NCBI GenBank assembly: GCA_963764715.1
Contig: CAVXTP010000022.1
Span: 320,001 to 384,000 of the forward strand
Origin: an uncultured Acidobacteriota bacterium
GTDB taxonomy: Bacteria > Acidobacteriota > Thermoanaerobaculia > UBA5066 > Gp7-AA6
Reading direction: 5' to 3'
Length of the DNA stretch: 64,000 bases
Part shown: in pieces, positions 19,765-30,741 of the stretch
How positions within the stretch are numbered: the first letter of the stretch is position 1
How the letters are laid out: each line of letters starts with the position of its first letter
Made by a program: the position numbers and the translations under genes
The notes under the pieces: generated by a model
What the model was told of the DNA's origin: nothing
The model's database searches: none
What the model saw: the letters and a program-made list of their open reading frames with translations, nothing else

Positions 19765-21007
19765 CGCGCCGTCCCTGGCGGCCCTGCCGGCGGCGACGCG
19801 GCGCGCCGCGAGTTCGGCCGGCGCGCTGGCCCGGGAGCGGCGGCAGCGCGCCTGGCTCGTCGGCGGCGCCGTGCGGGACCTTCTCCTCCGGCGGCCGGTG
19901 CGGGACGCGGACCTCGCCGTCGAGGGCGACGCCGCGACGTTTGCGGGCGCGCTCGCCGCGAGGCTCGGCGCGGCCCCGACGATCCACGCCCGGTTCTCGA
20001 CGGCGACCCTCGAGCTGCCGGAGGGCGGCCGGCTCGACCTCGCCGGCACGCGGCGCGAGACCTACCCGCATCCGGGTGCGCTGCCCGTGGTCGAGAGCGG
20101 CGCCTCGATCGAGGCGGACCTCGCCCGCCGCGACTTCTCGATCCACGCCATGGCGGTCGAGCTCGCTCCGCGCGGACGTCTTCTCGATCCTTTCGGCGGC
20201 CGGGACGATCTCGCGCGCCGCCGCATCCGCTTCCTTCACCCGGCGTCGCCGGGGGACGATCCGACCCGGGCGCTTCGCGCGGTGCGCTACGCCGTGCGGC
20301 TGGGGTTCCGAATCGCTCCGGAGGCGCGGCGCCAGATCGCGGAGGCGATCGCGAGCGGGGCGTTCGACGCGGTGTCGGGCGACCGGCTGCGGCGGGAGCT
20401 CGCGCTGATCCTGTCGGAGCCGGAGCGCGCTCGGGCGCCGGCGCTCCTGCACCGCCTCGGCGTCGATCGCGCCGTCGCGCCGGGCCTCGCGCGCGCCGTC
20501 CGCGGCGCCGCGGGTCGCATCGCTCGCGCGTCGAGGCGGCTCGGTTCCCCCGAGGGCGCCGCGGCCGGGTGGGTCTGCTACCTTCTCGCCTGGATGGCGC
20601 ACTCCACGCCGCGCGACGTCCGCCAGGTCGCCGCCCGGCTCTCGGTCGCGGGCCGCGAAGGTCAGATCCTCCGCCGCTGGCCGCAATCGCGGCGACGGCT
20701 CACGCCGGGCCTCGCGGACCTCGCGCCGTCCAAGCGGCGGCGTCGCGTCGCCGGGCTCTCGGCCGAGGAGGTCTTCGCCGCGGCGTCGCTTCTCGGTGCG
20801 CGGGACGCACGGGCGCTCCTCGGCACCTTCGCGATGCGCGCCCCGGAGCTCGCCATTTCCGGCGCGGACCTCCTGTCGCGCGGCGTGCCGCCGGGGCCTT
20901 CCGTCGGTCGGGCGCTCGAGGCGACGCGCGCGGCCCGGGAGGACGGGAGGATCGACGCCGCCCGGGAGCTCGACTTCGCGCTCGCCGCGGCGAGGAGGCG
21001 CCGGTGA
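19754..21007 (+). CDS. Class II tRNA nucleotidyltransferase (CCA- or A-adding); start uncertain
   Basis: AWLVGGAVRD..DADLAV, RRETYPHPGALP, DLARRDFSIHAMA, DDPTRALRAVRY; coding frame extends upstream of GTG 19871. Confidence 0.85.
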   Translation, partial: TSSSAPSLAALPAATRRAASSAGALARERRQRAWLVGGAVRDLLLRRPVRDADLAVEGDAATFAGALAARLGAAPTIHARFSTATLELPEGGRLDLAGTRRETYPHPGALPVVESGASIEADLARRDFSIHAMAVELAPRGRLLDPFGGRDDLARRRIRFLHPASPGDDPTRALRAVRYAVRLGFRIAPEARRQIAEAIASGAFDAVSGDRLRRELALILSEPERARAPALLHRLGVDRAVAPGLARAVRGAAGRIARASRRLGSPEGAAAGWVCYLLAWMAHSTPRDVRQVAARLSVAGREGQILRRWPQSRRRLTPGLADLAPSKRRRRVAGLSAEEVFAAASLLGARDARALLGTFAMRAPELAISGADLLSRGVPPGPSVGRALEATRAAREDGRIDAARELDFALAAARRRR

Positions 21008-21651
21008 GCCCGGCTCTCGTGCTCGCCGCCGTCCTCGCGGCGACCCCCGTGCCGTCTCCCGGGCCCGGGCTTCCTGCCGGTCCGACGTTCTGCGCGGAGT
21101 GGATCCGGCAGTCGAACGAGGGCTACGACCGCCTGACCGTCTTTCGCGACGGCACGCTCGTCTGGAAGACGAGCCGCGGAGGTAAAGAGGAGGTCAAGCG
21201 GCAACGTCTCGCGGCGGCCGAGCTCGACTTCTACTGCGAGTTCTTCGCCCGGCCGGACCTCTGGACGATCCCGCCCGACCGGCGAACGGGGTTGTCGGGC
21301 GAGCTCGCCTCGTCCTCGGCCGTGACGCTGGTGCGGCCCAACGGAGACCGGCGGACGATCCGGTTCGACGACCTCTCGACGGACACCGCCGAGAGCTCGT
21401 CGCTTCGCTCGGCCCTCGAAGGCCTCAAGGGCCTCTTCCTGTCGCCGCTCGCGCCGGTGACGCGCTTCCACCCGGACCTGCTCCAGCCGGGGACCCTGCT
21501 CCGGCGATTCGACGGGGCGATCTTCCAGGTCCGCCGCCTCGAGAAGCAGTCGGGCTTCGTCGAGATCGTCGGCGTCACCGAGCCCTACTCGCAGTTTCTG
21601 AAGATCGAGGAGCTGCGGTTCCAATTCGCGCCCCCCGAAGCGAGGCCGTGA
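21004..21651 (+). CDS. Secreted hypothetical protein
   Basis: GTG overlaps the upstream stop; short hydrophobic N-terminus; stop overlaps the rsmD start. Confidence 0.7.
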   Translation: MSPALVLAAVLAATPVPSPGPGLPAGPTFCAEWIRQSNEGYDRLTVFRDGTLVWKTSRGGKEEVKRQRLAAAELDFYCEFFARPDLWTIPPDRRTGLSGELASSSAVTLVRPNGDRRTIRFDDLSTDTAESSSLRSALEGLKGLFLSPLAPVTRFHPDLLQPGTLLRRFDGAIFQVRRLEKQSGFVEIVGVTEPYSQFLKIEELRFQFAPPEARP

Positions 21652-22205
21652 GCCGCCGCCCGGCGCCGTCCCTGGTGCGAATCCTGGCCGGGGCCTGGAA
21701 GGGCCGCCGCCTCGACGTCCCCGAGGGGGCGCGCCCCACCTCGAGCCGCGCGCGGGCCGCGCTCTTCGATCTCCTCGGCCCGCATCGGGTCGCGGGCGCG
21801 CGCTTTCTCGACCTCTTCGCGGGAACGGGCGCGGTGGGCCTCGAGGCAGTCTCCCGCGGGGCCGGCGCCGCGGTCCTCGTCGAGGCCGACGCGGGGGCCA
21901 TCGGCCGGACGCTCGAGCGGCTCGGCGAGCCCGGAGAGCGGGTGCGCCTCGCCGCCGGGACGGCCGCCTCGGCGCTCGCCGCCCTCGAGCGGTCGGGGGA
22001 GCGGTTCGACGTGATTTTCGCGGATCCGCCGTACGAGCGGGGCGCCGACGGCGAGCTCGCCCGGGCGGCCGCCCTCCTGGCGCCCGGAGGCGTCCTCGTC
22101 GTCCAGACCGACGCCGGTCCGGCGCCGGCGCCGCCCCCCGGAATGAAGGCCCTGCGGGCCCGGGCCTACGGGCGTAACGTCTTCCATTTCTTCGAGATTC
22201 TTTGA
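21648..22205 (+). CDS. rsmD: 16S rRNA m2G966 methyltransferase RsmD family
   Basis: RILAGAWKGRRL, RPTSSRARAALF, DLFAGTGAVGLEAVSRGA, ADPPY. Confidence 0.92.
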   Translation: MSRRPAPSLVRILAGAWKGRRLDVPEGARPTSSRARAALFDLLGPHRVAGARFLDLFAGTGAVGLEAVSRGAGAAVLVEADAGAIGRTLERLGEPGERVRLAAGTAASALAALERSGERFDVIFADPPYERGADGELARAAALLAPGGVLVVQTDAGPAPAPPPGMKALRARAYGRNVFHFFEIL

Positions 22206-22231
22206 CGGAGCGGTCCCGAAAATGCTAGCCT
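22202..22231 (+). promoter_or_regulatory. Probable sigma70 promoter for metK-ahcY
   Basis: TTGACG-18 nt-TAGCCT, with TG at the extended -10 position. Confidence 0.55.
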
Positions 22232-22268
22232 TCGCGGTTTCGACGGGCGGCCGATCATCACAACCTGA

Positions 22269-24809
<2,541 letters not shown>

Positions 24810-24858
24810 CCCGCCGGCCTCCGCGTTCCCCCGCCGCCCGGGCGGGGGCGCCGCCGCC

Positions 24859-25704
24859 CTAGAACGTCAGGCGCGCGCCGATCCCGTCGTGGATCGGCAG
24901 GATCTCGATCTCCGTGCGGGTGCCCTCGTCCGCGCGGTGGCGACCGACGATGAAGCGCCCCACGGCGACGCCGATCGCGGCGCCGGCGAACACGTCCCCC
25001 ACGAAGTGCGCCTGGTCGTTGACCCGGTCGAAGGCGACGAGCGTCGCCAGCGTGTAGGCGACCGTCGGCACGATCCAGCCGTCGGTGCGCATGGCGATGA
25101 CGGAGGCGACCGCGAAGGCGACCGTCGCGTGCCCGGACGGGAAGGACTTGTACTCGTTCGTGAAGCCGTGAAAGATCGTCTGGCCGTCCGACTGCTCCGG
25201 CCGTTCCCGGCCGAAGGCCGGCTTCAGGACCGAGGTGAAGAGGCTCGCGAACGCGGCGGCCTCGAGGGCGTCGCGGCCCGTGTCGCGCATCTCCGGGTTG
25301 TGCGCGAGGAGTCCGCCCGCGACGAGCCCCCCGGAGATGGCCCAGGCGTAGCCGGCCCCGAAGCCGGTCGTGGCGTCCGAGATCGCGTCGGTCGTCGCGG
25401 AGCGACGGAGCTGGATGGCCTGGTAGGTCTGCTCGTCGGTCGCGATGAGGACGCCGAGCGCGGCGGCGAAGGCGGCGAAGCGCTCGAAGTCGGTGGTTCC
25501 CCAGTGCAGGGGGCTCGTGACCAGGGCCCCGCCGTCGGAGACGTACCGCTTCGCCTCGTCGAGGAGCGCCTTCCCGACGACCTCGGGGACGCCGGGGTCC
25601 GGCGAGCCTTCGGCCGCCGGGTCGTCGGCCGGGGCGGCGAGGGCCGCCGGCGACAGTCCGAGGAGGACCGCGAGGGCCGCGGCGAGAGCCCGGGAGCCCG
25701 TCAT
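24859..25704 (-). CDS. PAP2 family phosphatase with signal peptide
   Basis: KPAFGRERP, SFPSGHA, RVNDQAHFVGDV. Confidence 0.88.
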   Translation of the reverse strand: MTGSRALAAALAVLLGLSPAALAAPADDPAAEGSPDPGVPEVVGKALLDEAKRYVSDGGALVTSPLHWGTTDFERFAAFAAALGVLIATDEQTYQAIQLRRSATTDAISDATTGFGAGYAWAISGGLVAGGLLAHNPEMRDTGRDALEAAAFASLFTSVLKPAFGRERPEQSDGQTIFHGFTNEYKSFPSGHATVAFAVASVIAMRTDGWIVPTVAYTLATLVAFDRVNDQAHFVGDVFAGAAIGVAVGRFIVGRHRADEGTRTEIEILPIHDGIGARLTF

Positions 25705-27994
25705 GTCCGCACGCGCGCCAGGAAGTACGTCGCGGCGAGCCCGAAGATCACGTTGGGCGACCAGGCGGCGAGCGGCGGCGGCAGCGCGCCGACCTCGCCG
25801 AGCTTCGTGACGAAAGCGGACGCCACGAGCGTCAGGATCCCGAGGCCGAGCCCCAGCCCCACGCCCGCGAGCGCGCCCCGCCGGCCGACGCGGAAGGCGA
25901 ACGGCACCGCGAGGAGCACCATGACCGGAAGGAGCGCCGGCTGTGCGAGCTTCGCCTGGAGCGCGGTCTCGAGGCCCGAGGTCGGATAGCCGCCGGCCCG
26001 CAGGTGGCGGGTCAGCCGCTCGAGCTCGCGAAAGCGCATCTCCTCGGGCCGCCGGCGCGTGGCGACGATCGAAGCGGGGGGGTCGCCGGCGACGCGGTCC
26101 TCCGCGAAACGGCGGTACGGCGCGCCGCTGCCGCCTTCGAAGGAGCGGGTCCAGCCATCCTTCAGCGTCCACTGGCCGCCGCTCCAGATCGCCTCCCGGG
26201 CGTCGGTGCGGCTGGCCAGAGAGAAATCCGGGGCGAGTCGGAAGATCGCGACGCCGAGAAGGGCGTTGCGCGCGGAGACGCTCTCCTCGCGGAACCAGAT
26301 GCTCCCGTCCCGCGCGAGGTACCAGTTGCGCTCCGCCGCGGTCCGGATGCCGTAGTCCGGCGGGCGCCCGTAGATGACGTTTCGGAAGCGGGCCTGGCGC
26401 TGCTCGGCGAGCGGCAGGACGTACTCGCCGACGGCGAAGGCCAGCACGGCGAAGAGGCCGGCGGCGGCGAGGACCGGGAGGGCGAGCCGGAAGAGCGAAA
26501 CCCCCGAGGCGCGGAAGGCCGTGTCCTCGGCGTTCTTGGAGAGCACCCCGAGCCCGACGAGGGTCGCGAGCAGCACGGCGAACGGCGCGATCTGCACGGC
26601 GATCGAGAGGATGAAGTAGCGATAGTAACCGACGACGACCGCGGCCGGGGGATGGTGGCGCGCGACCTCGTCGAGCTTGTCGGCGTAGTCGACGACCACG
26701 GCGAGCAGGAGCGCCGAAGCGAACACGAGGCCGAGCGCCGAAAGGAAGCGGGCCAGCACGTAGCGATCGACGAGGGAGAGGAGCCCGAATCCGAACCGGG
26801 GGCCGGACGCCGCGGAGGCCCGGAACGCGCGCACGACGGTTCCCGCCCGGGGGGCTCGGCGATCGGCGGCCGCGGAGCGTGCGGCGCGCGGCCGGCCGGC
26901 TTCCAGAGCGCCGCGGCGACGCCGAGCGCGACGAGCAGGATGTTCGGCAGCCACATCGCGAGGGCCGGGGCGACCCGGCCTTCCTGCGCCCAGGTCTCGC
27001 CGCTCGAGAGCAGAAGGTAGTAGCCGAGCAGGATCGCGAGCGACAGGGCGAAGCTGCCGCCCCGGCCCCCGCGGCGCAGCGCCTGGGCCAGCGGAACGCC
27101 GACGAGGGCGAAGGCGAGGCACGCGACCGGGATGGCGAACTTCTTGTGGATCTCGACCCAGGCGAGGCGGCGGGTCTCGGGCGACGAAGGCATCTGGTGC
27201 GCGGCCTGCCAGAGCTCCGGGAGCGTCTGGGACCGGAGGCCCCGCTGGACGCGGACGGTCGCCCCGGGGGGCGGCGAGGATTCGCCGGCGAGGAGGAGCC
27301 GCTGCGTCTCGTTGCGGCTCGTCCGGTCGCGCGACGGGTCGGCTGAGTCGAGCTCGTGGACCGTGGACTGGAAGAGGTCGAGCCACAGCCGGTCGCCTTC
27401 GAGCGTCAGGCTGCCGCGCCGGGCGACGATGATCCGGTTGGGAGGCTCGGACTCGTCGCCGAGGCGGAGGAACACTCCCTCGAAGGACCGGCCGTCCGGG
27501 GCCGCGCGGTCGAAGAAGAAGGTGATGCCCGGCCGCGGCTCCCGGAACGTCCGGGGCGCGACGAGGTTGACGATGGAGGTCGTGGCGACGCGGACCATGG
27601 ACGCCTGGAGGGCCTCGTTGGCGGGAGGCAGCACCACGTTGTAGAGGACGAGCACCAGGACCGAGGCGGCCGCCGCGGCGCCGAGGACCGGGCGGTACAG
27701 GGCACCCGGTCCCACGCCACAGGAGCGCAGGGCGATGAGCTCCGAGTCCGTGTTGAGCCGGCCGAGGCCGACGAGGACCCCGAGGAGGAAGGCCATCGGT
27801 AGGGTCAGAACGACGATCCACGGCAGGGACAGGACGACGAGCCGCGCGACCTCGGTGAAGGGGGCGCTCCGGCGCACGGCGAAGTCCGCCAGCATGAAGA
27901 TCGTCCGGATGAGCAGGATGAACGTGTAGGCCGCGAACCCCAGGAGGAAGGGCGGCCAGATCTCGCGGAGGACCGACCGGGAGATGAGGCGCAT
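25701..27994 (-). CDS. lptF: Fused LptF-LptG LPS export permease, with a 1-nt frameshift at 26849-26854
   Basis: LptF half (RLISRSVLREIWPPF, GRLNTDSELIALRSCG, EIHKKFAIP) and LptG half (LVDRYV, EDTAFRASGVS, PPLAAWSPN) are in different frames; adding one C to the C6 run joins them. Confidence 0.85.
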
Positions 27995-28059
27995 TCGGGT
28001 CGATAGTGCAGAGCGCGGAGGGGGTTTGTAAAGGACCGATCAGATCAGGCGAATATCGT

Positions 28060-28087
28060 ATTTTACATAATATATCTTATCGGACGC
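28060..28087 (-). other. dif-like XerC/XerD recombination site
   Basis: Minus strand GCGTCCGATAA-GATATA-TTATGTAAAAT vs E. coli dif GGTGCGCATAA-TGTATA-TTATGTTAAAT; 11-6-11 layout, XerD arm 10/11; AT-rich island in GC-rich DNA. Confidence 0.88.
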
Positions 28088-28541
28088 TGTGGGTCACGCG
28101 CTGGCTCTGCCGGATGAGCGTCGCGAGCATCGTGGCCACGACCGTTCCCTCGCTCGATCCGGTCCCGGGCGCCGCCAGGACGTCGGCCGCCGCCACGGTC
28201 AGGGTCCGCCCCGCGCGCAACACCCGGCCGCGGGCGACGAACCGCTCCCCGTCGGCCGGCCGGAGAAGGTTCAGCTTGAACTCGACCGAGAGCACCTCGC
28301 TGTCGGCGGGCATGAGCGTGTACGCCGCGTATCCGCACGCGCTGTCGGCGATCGCCGTCAGGACTCCGGCGTGGAGGTAGCCGTGCTGCTGCGTCAGGTC
28401 GGGCCGATGCCGCAGCGCGATGTCGACCTCGCCCGGCTCGACGCGCTCGAGCGAGGCGCCGAGGAGGCGCATGAGGGCCTGGGCGTCGAAGCTCTTCCGC
28501 ACGCGTGCGGCGAACTCGGGGTCGGAGGCCGCGAAGGTCAC
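28077..28541 (-). CDS. PaaI family thioesterase
   Basis: QQHGYLHAGVLTAIADSACGYAA, VEFKLNLLRPA, VLRAGRTLTV. Confidence 0.92.
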   Translation of the reverse strand: MTFAASDPEFAARVRKSFDAQALMRLLGASLERVEPGEVDIALRHRPDLTQQHGYLHAGVLTAIADSACGYAAYTLMPADSEVLSVEFKLNLLRPADGERFVARGRVLRAGRTLTVAAADVLAAPGTGSSEGTVVATMLATLIRQSQRVTHSVR

Positions 28542-28572
28542 GATCGGCCGGCGCTCTCGTCGTCGCGAGCCG

Positions 28573-29418
28573 CTACTTCTTCGTCAGCTCCAGCTCCCCG
28601 GACTCGAGCTGCTTCAGGACCCCGCGGAGAGCGTCGATGAGCTCGGCCTTCGCGACCCGGGACTTGTGGAACGAGATGTTCAACCGGAAGGGTCCGTCCT
28701 TGGGCGAGTAGACGAAGTGGAAGGCGCGCCGCTTGTCGGCGTCCCCGTCCTTCCCCTTCTTCTGCTCGCGCAGGTCGTCGCGCGTCGAGCCGGCGATCAC
28801 GGCGGCAATCGCCGCTTCCATCTTCCGGCGGTCGCCGAGTCGCGCGATCTCGAGGAGCACCGAGCGCGCGTCGATGTCGGCGCGCCGACATTTCTCTCGG
28901 AGGTCCTCCGGGATGTCGAGCAGCGACATCGCCTCCGTGATCGAGACGCGCGAGCGGCCGACGGCCGTCGCGACCTGCTGCTGGGTGTGGCCGTGCGTCT
29001 CGGCGAGCGCCGCGAAGCCCGCGGCCTCCTCGAACGGATGGAGGTCGCGACGGTGGAGGTTCTCGATCAGCGCGATCTCGAGGACCTCGTTGTCGGGGAC
29101 GTCGAGCTCGATGCACGGGACCTCGGCGAGCCCGGCTTCGAGGGCCGCGCGGAAGCGCCGCTCCCCCGCGATGATCCGGAACCGTCCGTCCGGCAGCGGC
29201 CGGACGAGGATGGGCTCGAGGACGCCCTTCGACTGGATCGACTTCTTGAGCTCGTCGAGGTCGCCCACGCTCCGGCGCGGCTGCTCCGGGTTCGTCTCGA
29301 TCTCCTCGATGGGCACCAGGCGCCCGATCGACGGGCCGAAGCGCTCGGAGAGCGAGTCGACGAAGTGGGCGTCGTGCTTCATGTGCGATTCCGCTGGCAG
29401 GCCGCGGCGTTTAGACAC
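28573..29418 (-). CDS. parB: ParB/Spo0J family protein (atypical paralogue)
   Basis: NPEQPRR, SIQSKGVLEPILVR, IIAGERRFRAA, ALIENLHRRDL, HTH; GTG overlaps the parA 3' end. Confidence 0.9.
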   Translation of the reverse strand: MSKRRGLPAESHMKHDAHFVDSLSERFGPSIGRLVPIEEIETNPEQPRRSVGDLDELKKSIQSKGVLEPILVRPLPDGRFRIIAGERRFRAALEAGLAEVPCIELDVPDNEVLEIALIENLHRRDLHPFEEAAGFAALAETHGHTQQQVATAVGRSRVSITEAMSLLDIPEDLREKCRRADIDARSVLLEIARLGDRRKMEAAIAAVIAGSTRDDLREQKKGKDGDADKRRAFHFVYSPKDGPFRLNISFHKSRVAKAELIDALRGVLKQLESGELELTKK

Positions 29419-30166
29419 GGGAAAGGACCTCCTCGGAAAGGGAGTAATACTCCGCGGCGCCCGACGAGCGCGGCGCGAAGGTGAAGATCGACTCCTGGTG
29501 CGCGGGGCTCTCCTCCAGGCGCACGCTCTTGGAGATCGTCGTCTTGAAGATCTTCTTGCCGAAGACCCCGGCGATCTGCTTGTAGACGTCCTTGCCGAGC
29601 ACCGTCCGCTTGTCGTGGAGCGTGATGACGACACCCAGGATCTGGAGGTTGGGATTGGGCCGGGCCTTGATCTTGTCGATCGTCTCGAGCAGGTCGTCGG
29701 TGCCCTCGAGGGCGAAATAGGACGACTGGATCGGGATCAGGATGTGGCTCGAGGCGACCATCGCGTTGACCGTGATCATCCCGAGGGTCGGAGGCGTGTC
29801 GATCAGGATGGCATCGTAGGAGCGCCGGACCGCGTCGATCTTGTCCCGGAGCCGGAAGTGGCCGTCGATCTCCCCCAGCAGCTTCGACTCGAGCTTGGCG
29901 AGCGAGATCCGCGCCGGGGCGATGTCGAGGTTCTTCATTCCCGAGGGCCGGATGATGTCCTTGAGCTTGACTTCCGGGTCCGTCATGACGTCGAACATCG
30001 ACTTGTCGACCGTGCGCCGGTCGAGGTACGACATCGTGCTGTTGCCCTGCGGGTCGAGGTCGATCAGGAGGGTCTTCATGCCCTTCTGGGCCATGGCGGC
30101 CGCGAGATTGATCGCCGTGGTGGTCTTCCCGACTCCGCCCTTTTGATTGGTAATCGAGATGATCAC
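29411..30166 (-). CDS. parA: ParA/Soj family ATPase
   Basis: NQKGGVGKTTT, IDLDPQGN, IDTPPTLG, SVRLEESP. Confidence 0.95.
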   Translation of the reverse strand: MIISITNQKGGVGKTTTAINLAAAMAQKGMKTLLIDLDPQGNSTMSYLDRRTVDKSMFDVMTDPEVKLKDIIRPSGMKNLDIAPARISLAKLESKLLGEIDGHFRLRDKIDAVRRSYDAILIDTPPTLGMITVNAMVASSHILIPIQSSYFALEGTDDLLETIDKIKARPNPNLQILGVVITLHDKRTVLGKDVYKQIAGVFGKKIFKTTISKSVRLEESPAHQESIFTFAPRSSGAAEYYSLSEEVLSRV

Positions 30167-30251
30167 GCACCGGAGTATAGCTGTCGGAGATCCGCTGTCG
30201 ACTCTCCGCTTCCTCCGGCCGGGAGCGGACGGACGAGAGCCGGCGGCTCCC

Positions 30252-30731
30252 CTACATCCGGTACTTGCCGAGCTCGTCCGGGCTCGCTTCTTCGAGCCAC
30301 TTGCGGAGGCGGTCGGGGTCCTGGTCGGAGTCGGAGCGCAGGCTGCGGCTCTTCTCGAGGACGTCTTCCTCGACGAAGATCTCGGCCTGCGAGCGCAGGG
30401 CGAGCGCGATGGCGTCGCTCGGCCGGCTGTCGACCGAGAGCGAGGCGCCTCCGCGATTCAGGTGGATGCGGGCGAAGAAGGTGTTCTCGCGCAGGTCGTT
30501 GATCACGATCCGCTCGACCCGGGCGTCGAGCTCGGCGAGGAGGTTCTTGAGGAGGTCGTGGGTCATCGGGCGCGGGGTCGAGACCTTCTCCATCTCGAGG
30601 GCGATGGCGTTGGCCTCGAAGATCCCGACCCAGATCGGGAGGAAGTGGCCCTTTTCCAGGTCCCGCAGGATGACGACCGGCATGTTCGAGACCGGGTCCA
30701 TCAGGAGGCCCTTGATTTCCATCTTGATCAT
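30252..30731 (-). CDS. Bifunctional nuclease family protein (DUF151)
   Basis: [34 protein letters not shown]. Confidence 0.9.
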   Translation of the reverse strand: MIKMEIKGLLMDPVSNMPVVILRDLEKGHFLPIWVGIFEANAIALEMEKVSTPRPMTHDLLKNLLAELDARVERIVINDLRENTFFARIHLNRGGASLSVDSRPSDAIALALRSQAEIFVEEDVLEKSRSLRSDSDQDPDRLRKWLEEASPDELGKYRM

Positions 30732-30741
30732 GATCGGCACC

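Noticed and set aside
24810-24858. Terminator between ahcY and the PAP2 gene
   Set aside because: A GC hairpin (CCCCCGCC..GGCGGGGG) is present but has no U-tract on either strand.
28000-30250. Canonical parS next to parAB, or a second dif half-site marking an integrated element
   Set aside because: No TGTTTCACGTGAAACA-like palindrome and no second Xer site were seen by eye; there is also no rep or integrase gene.
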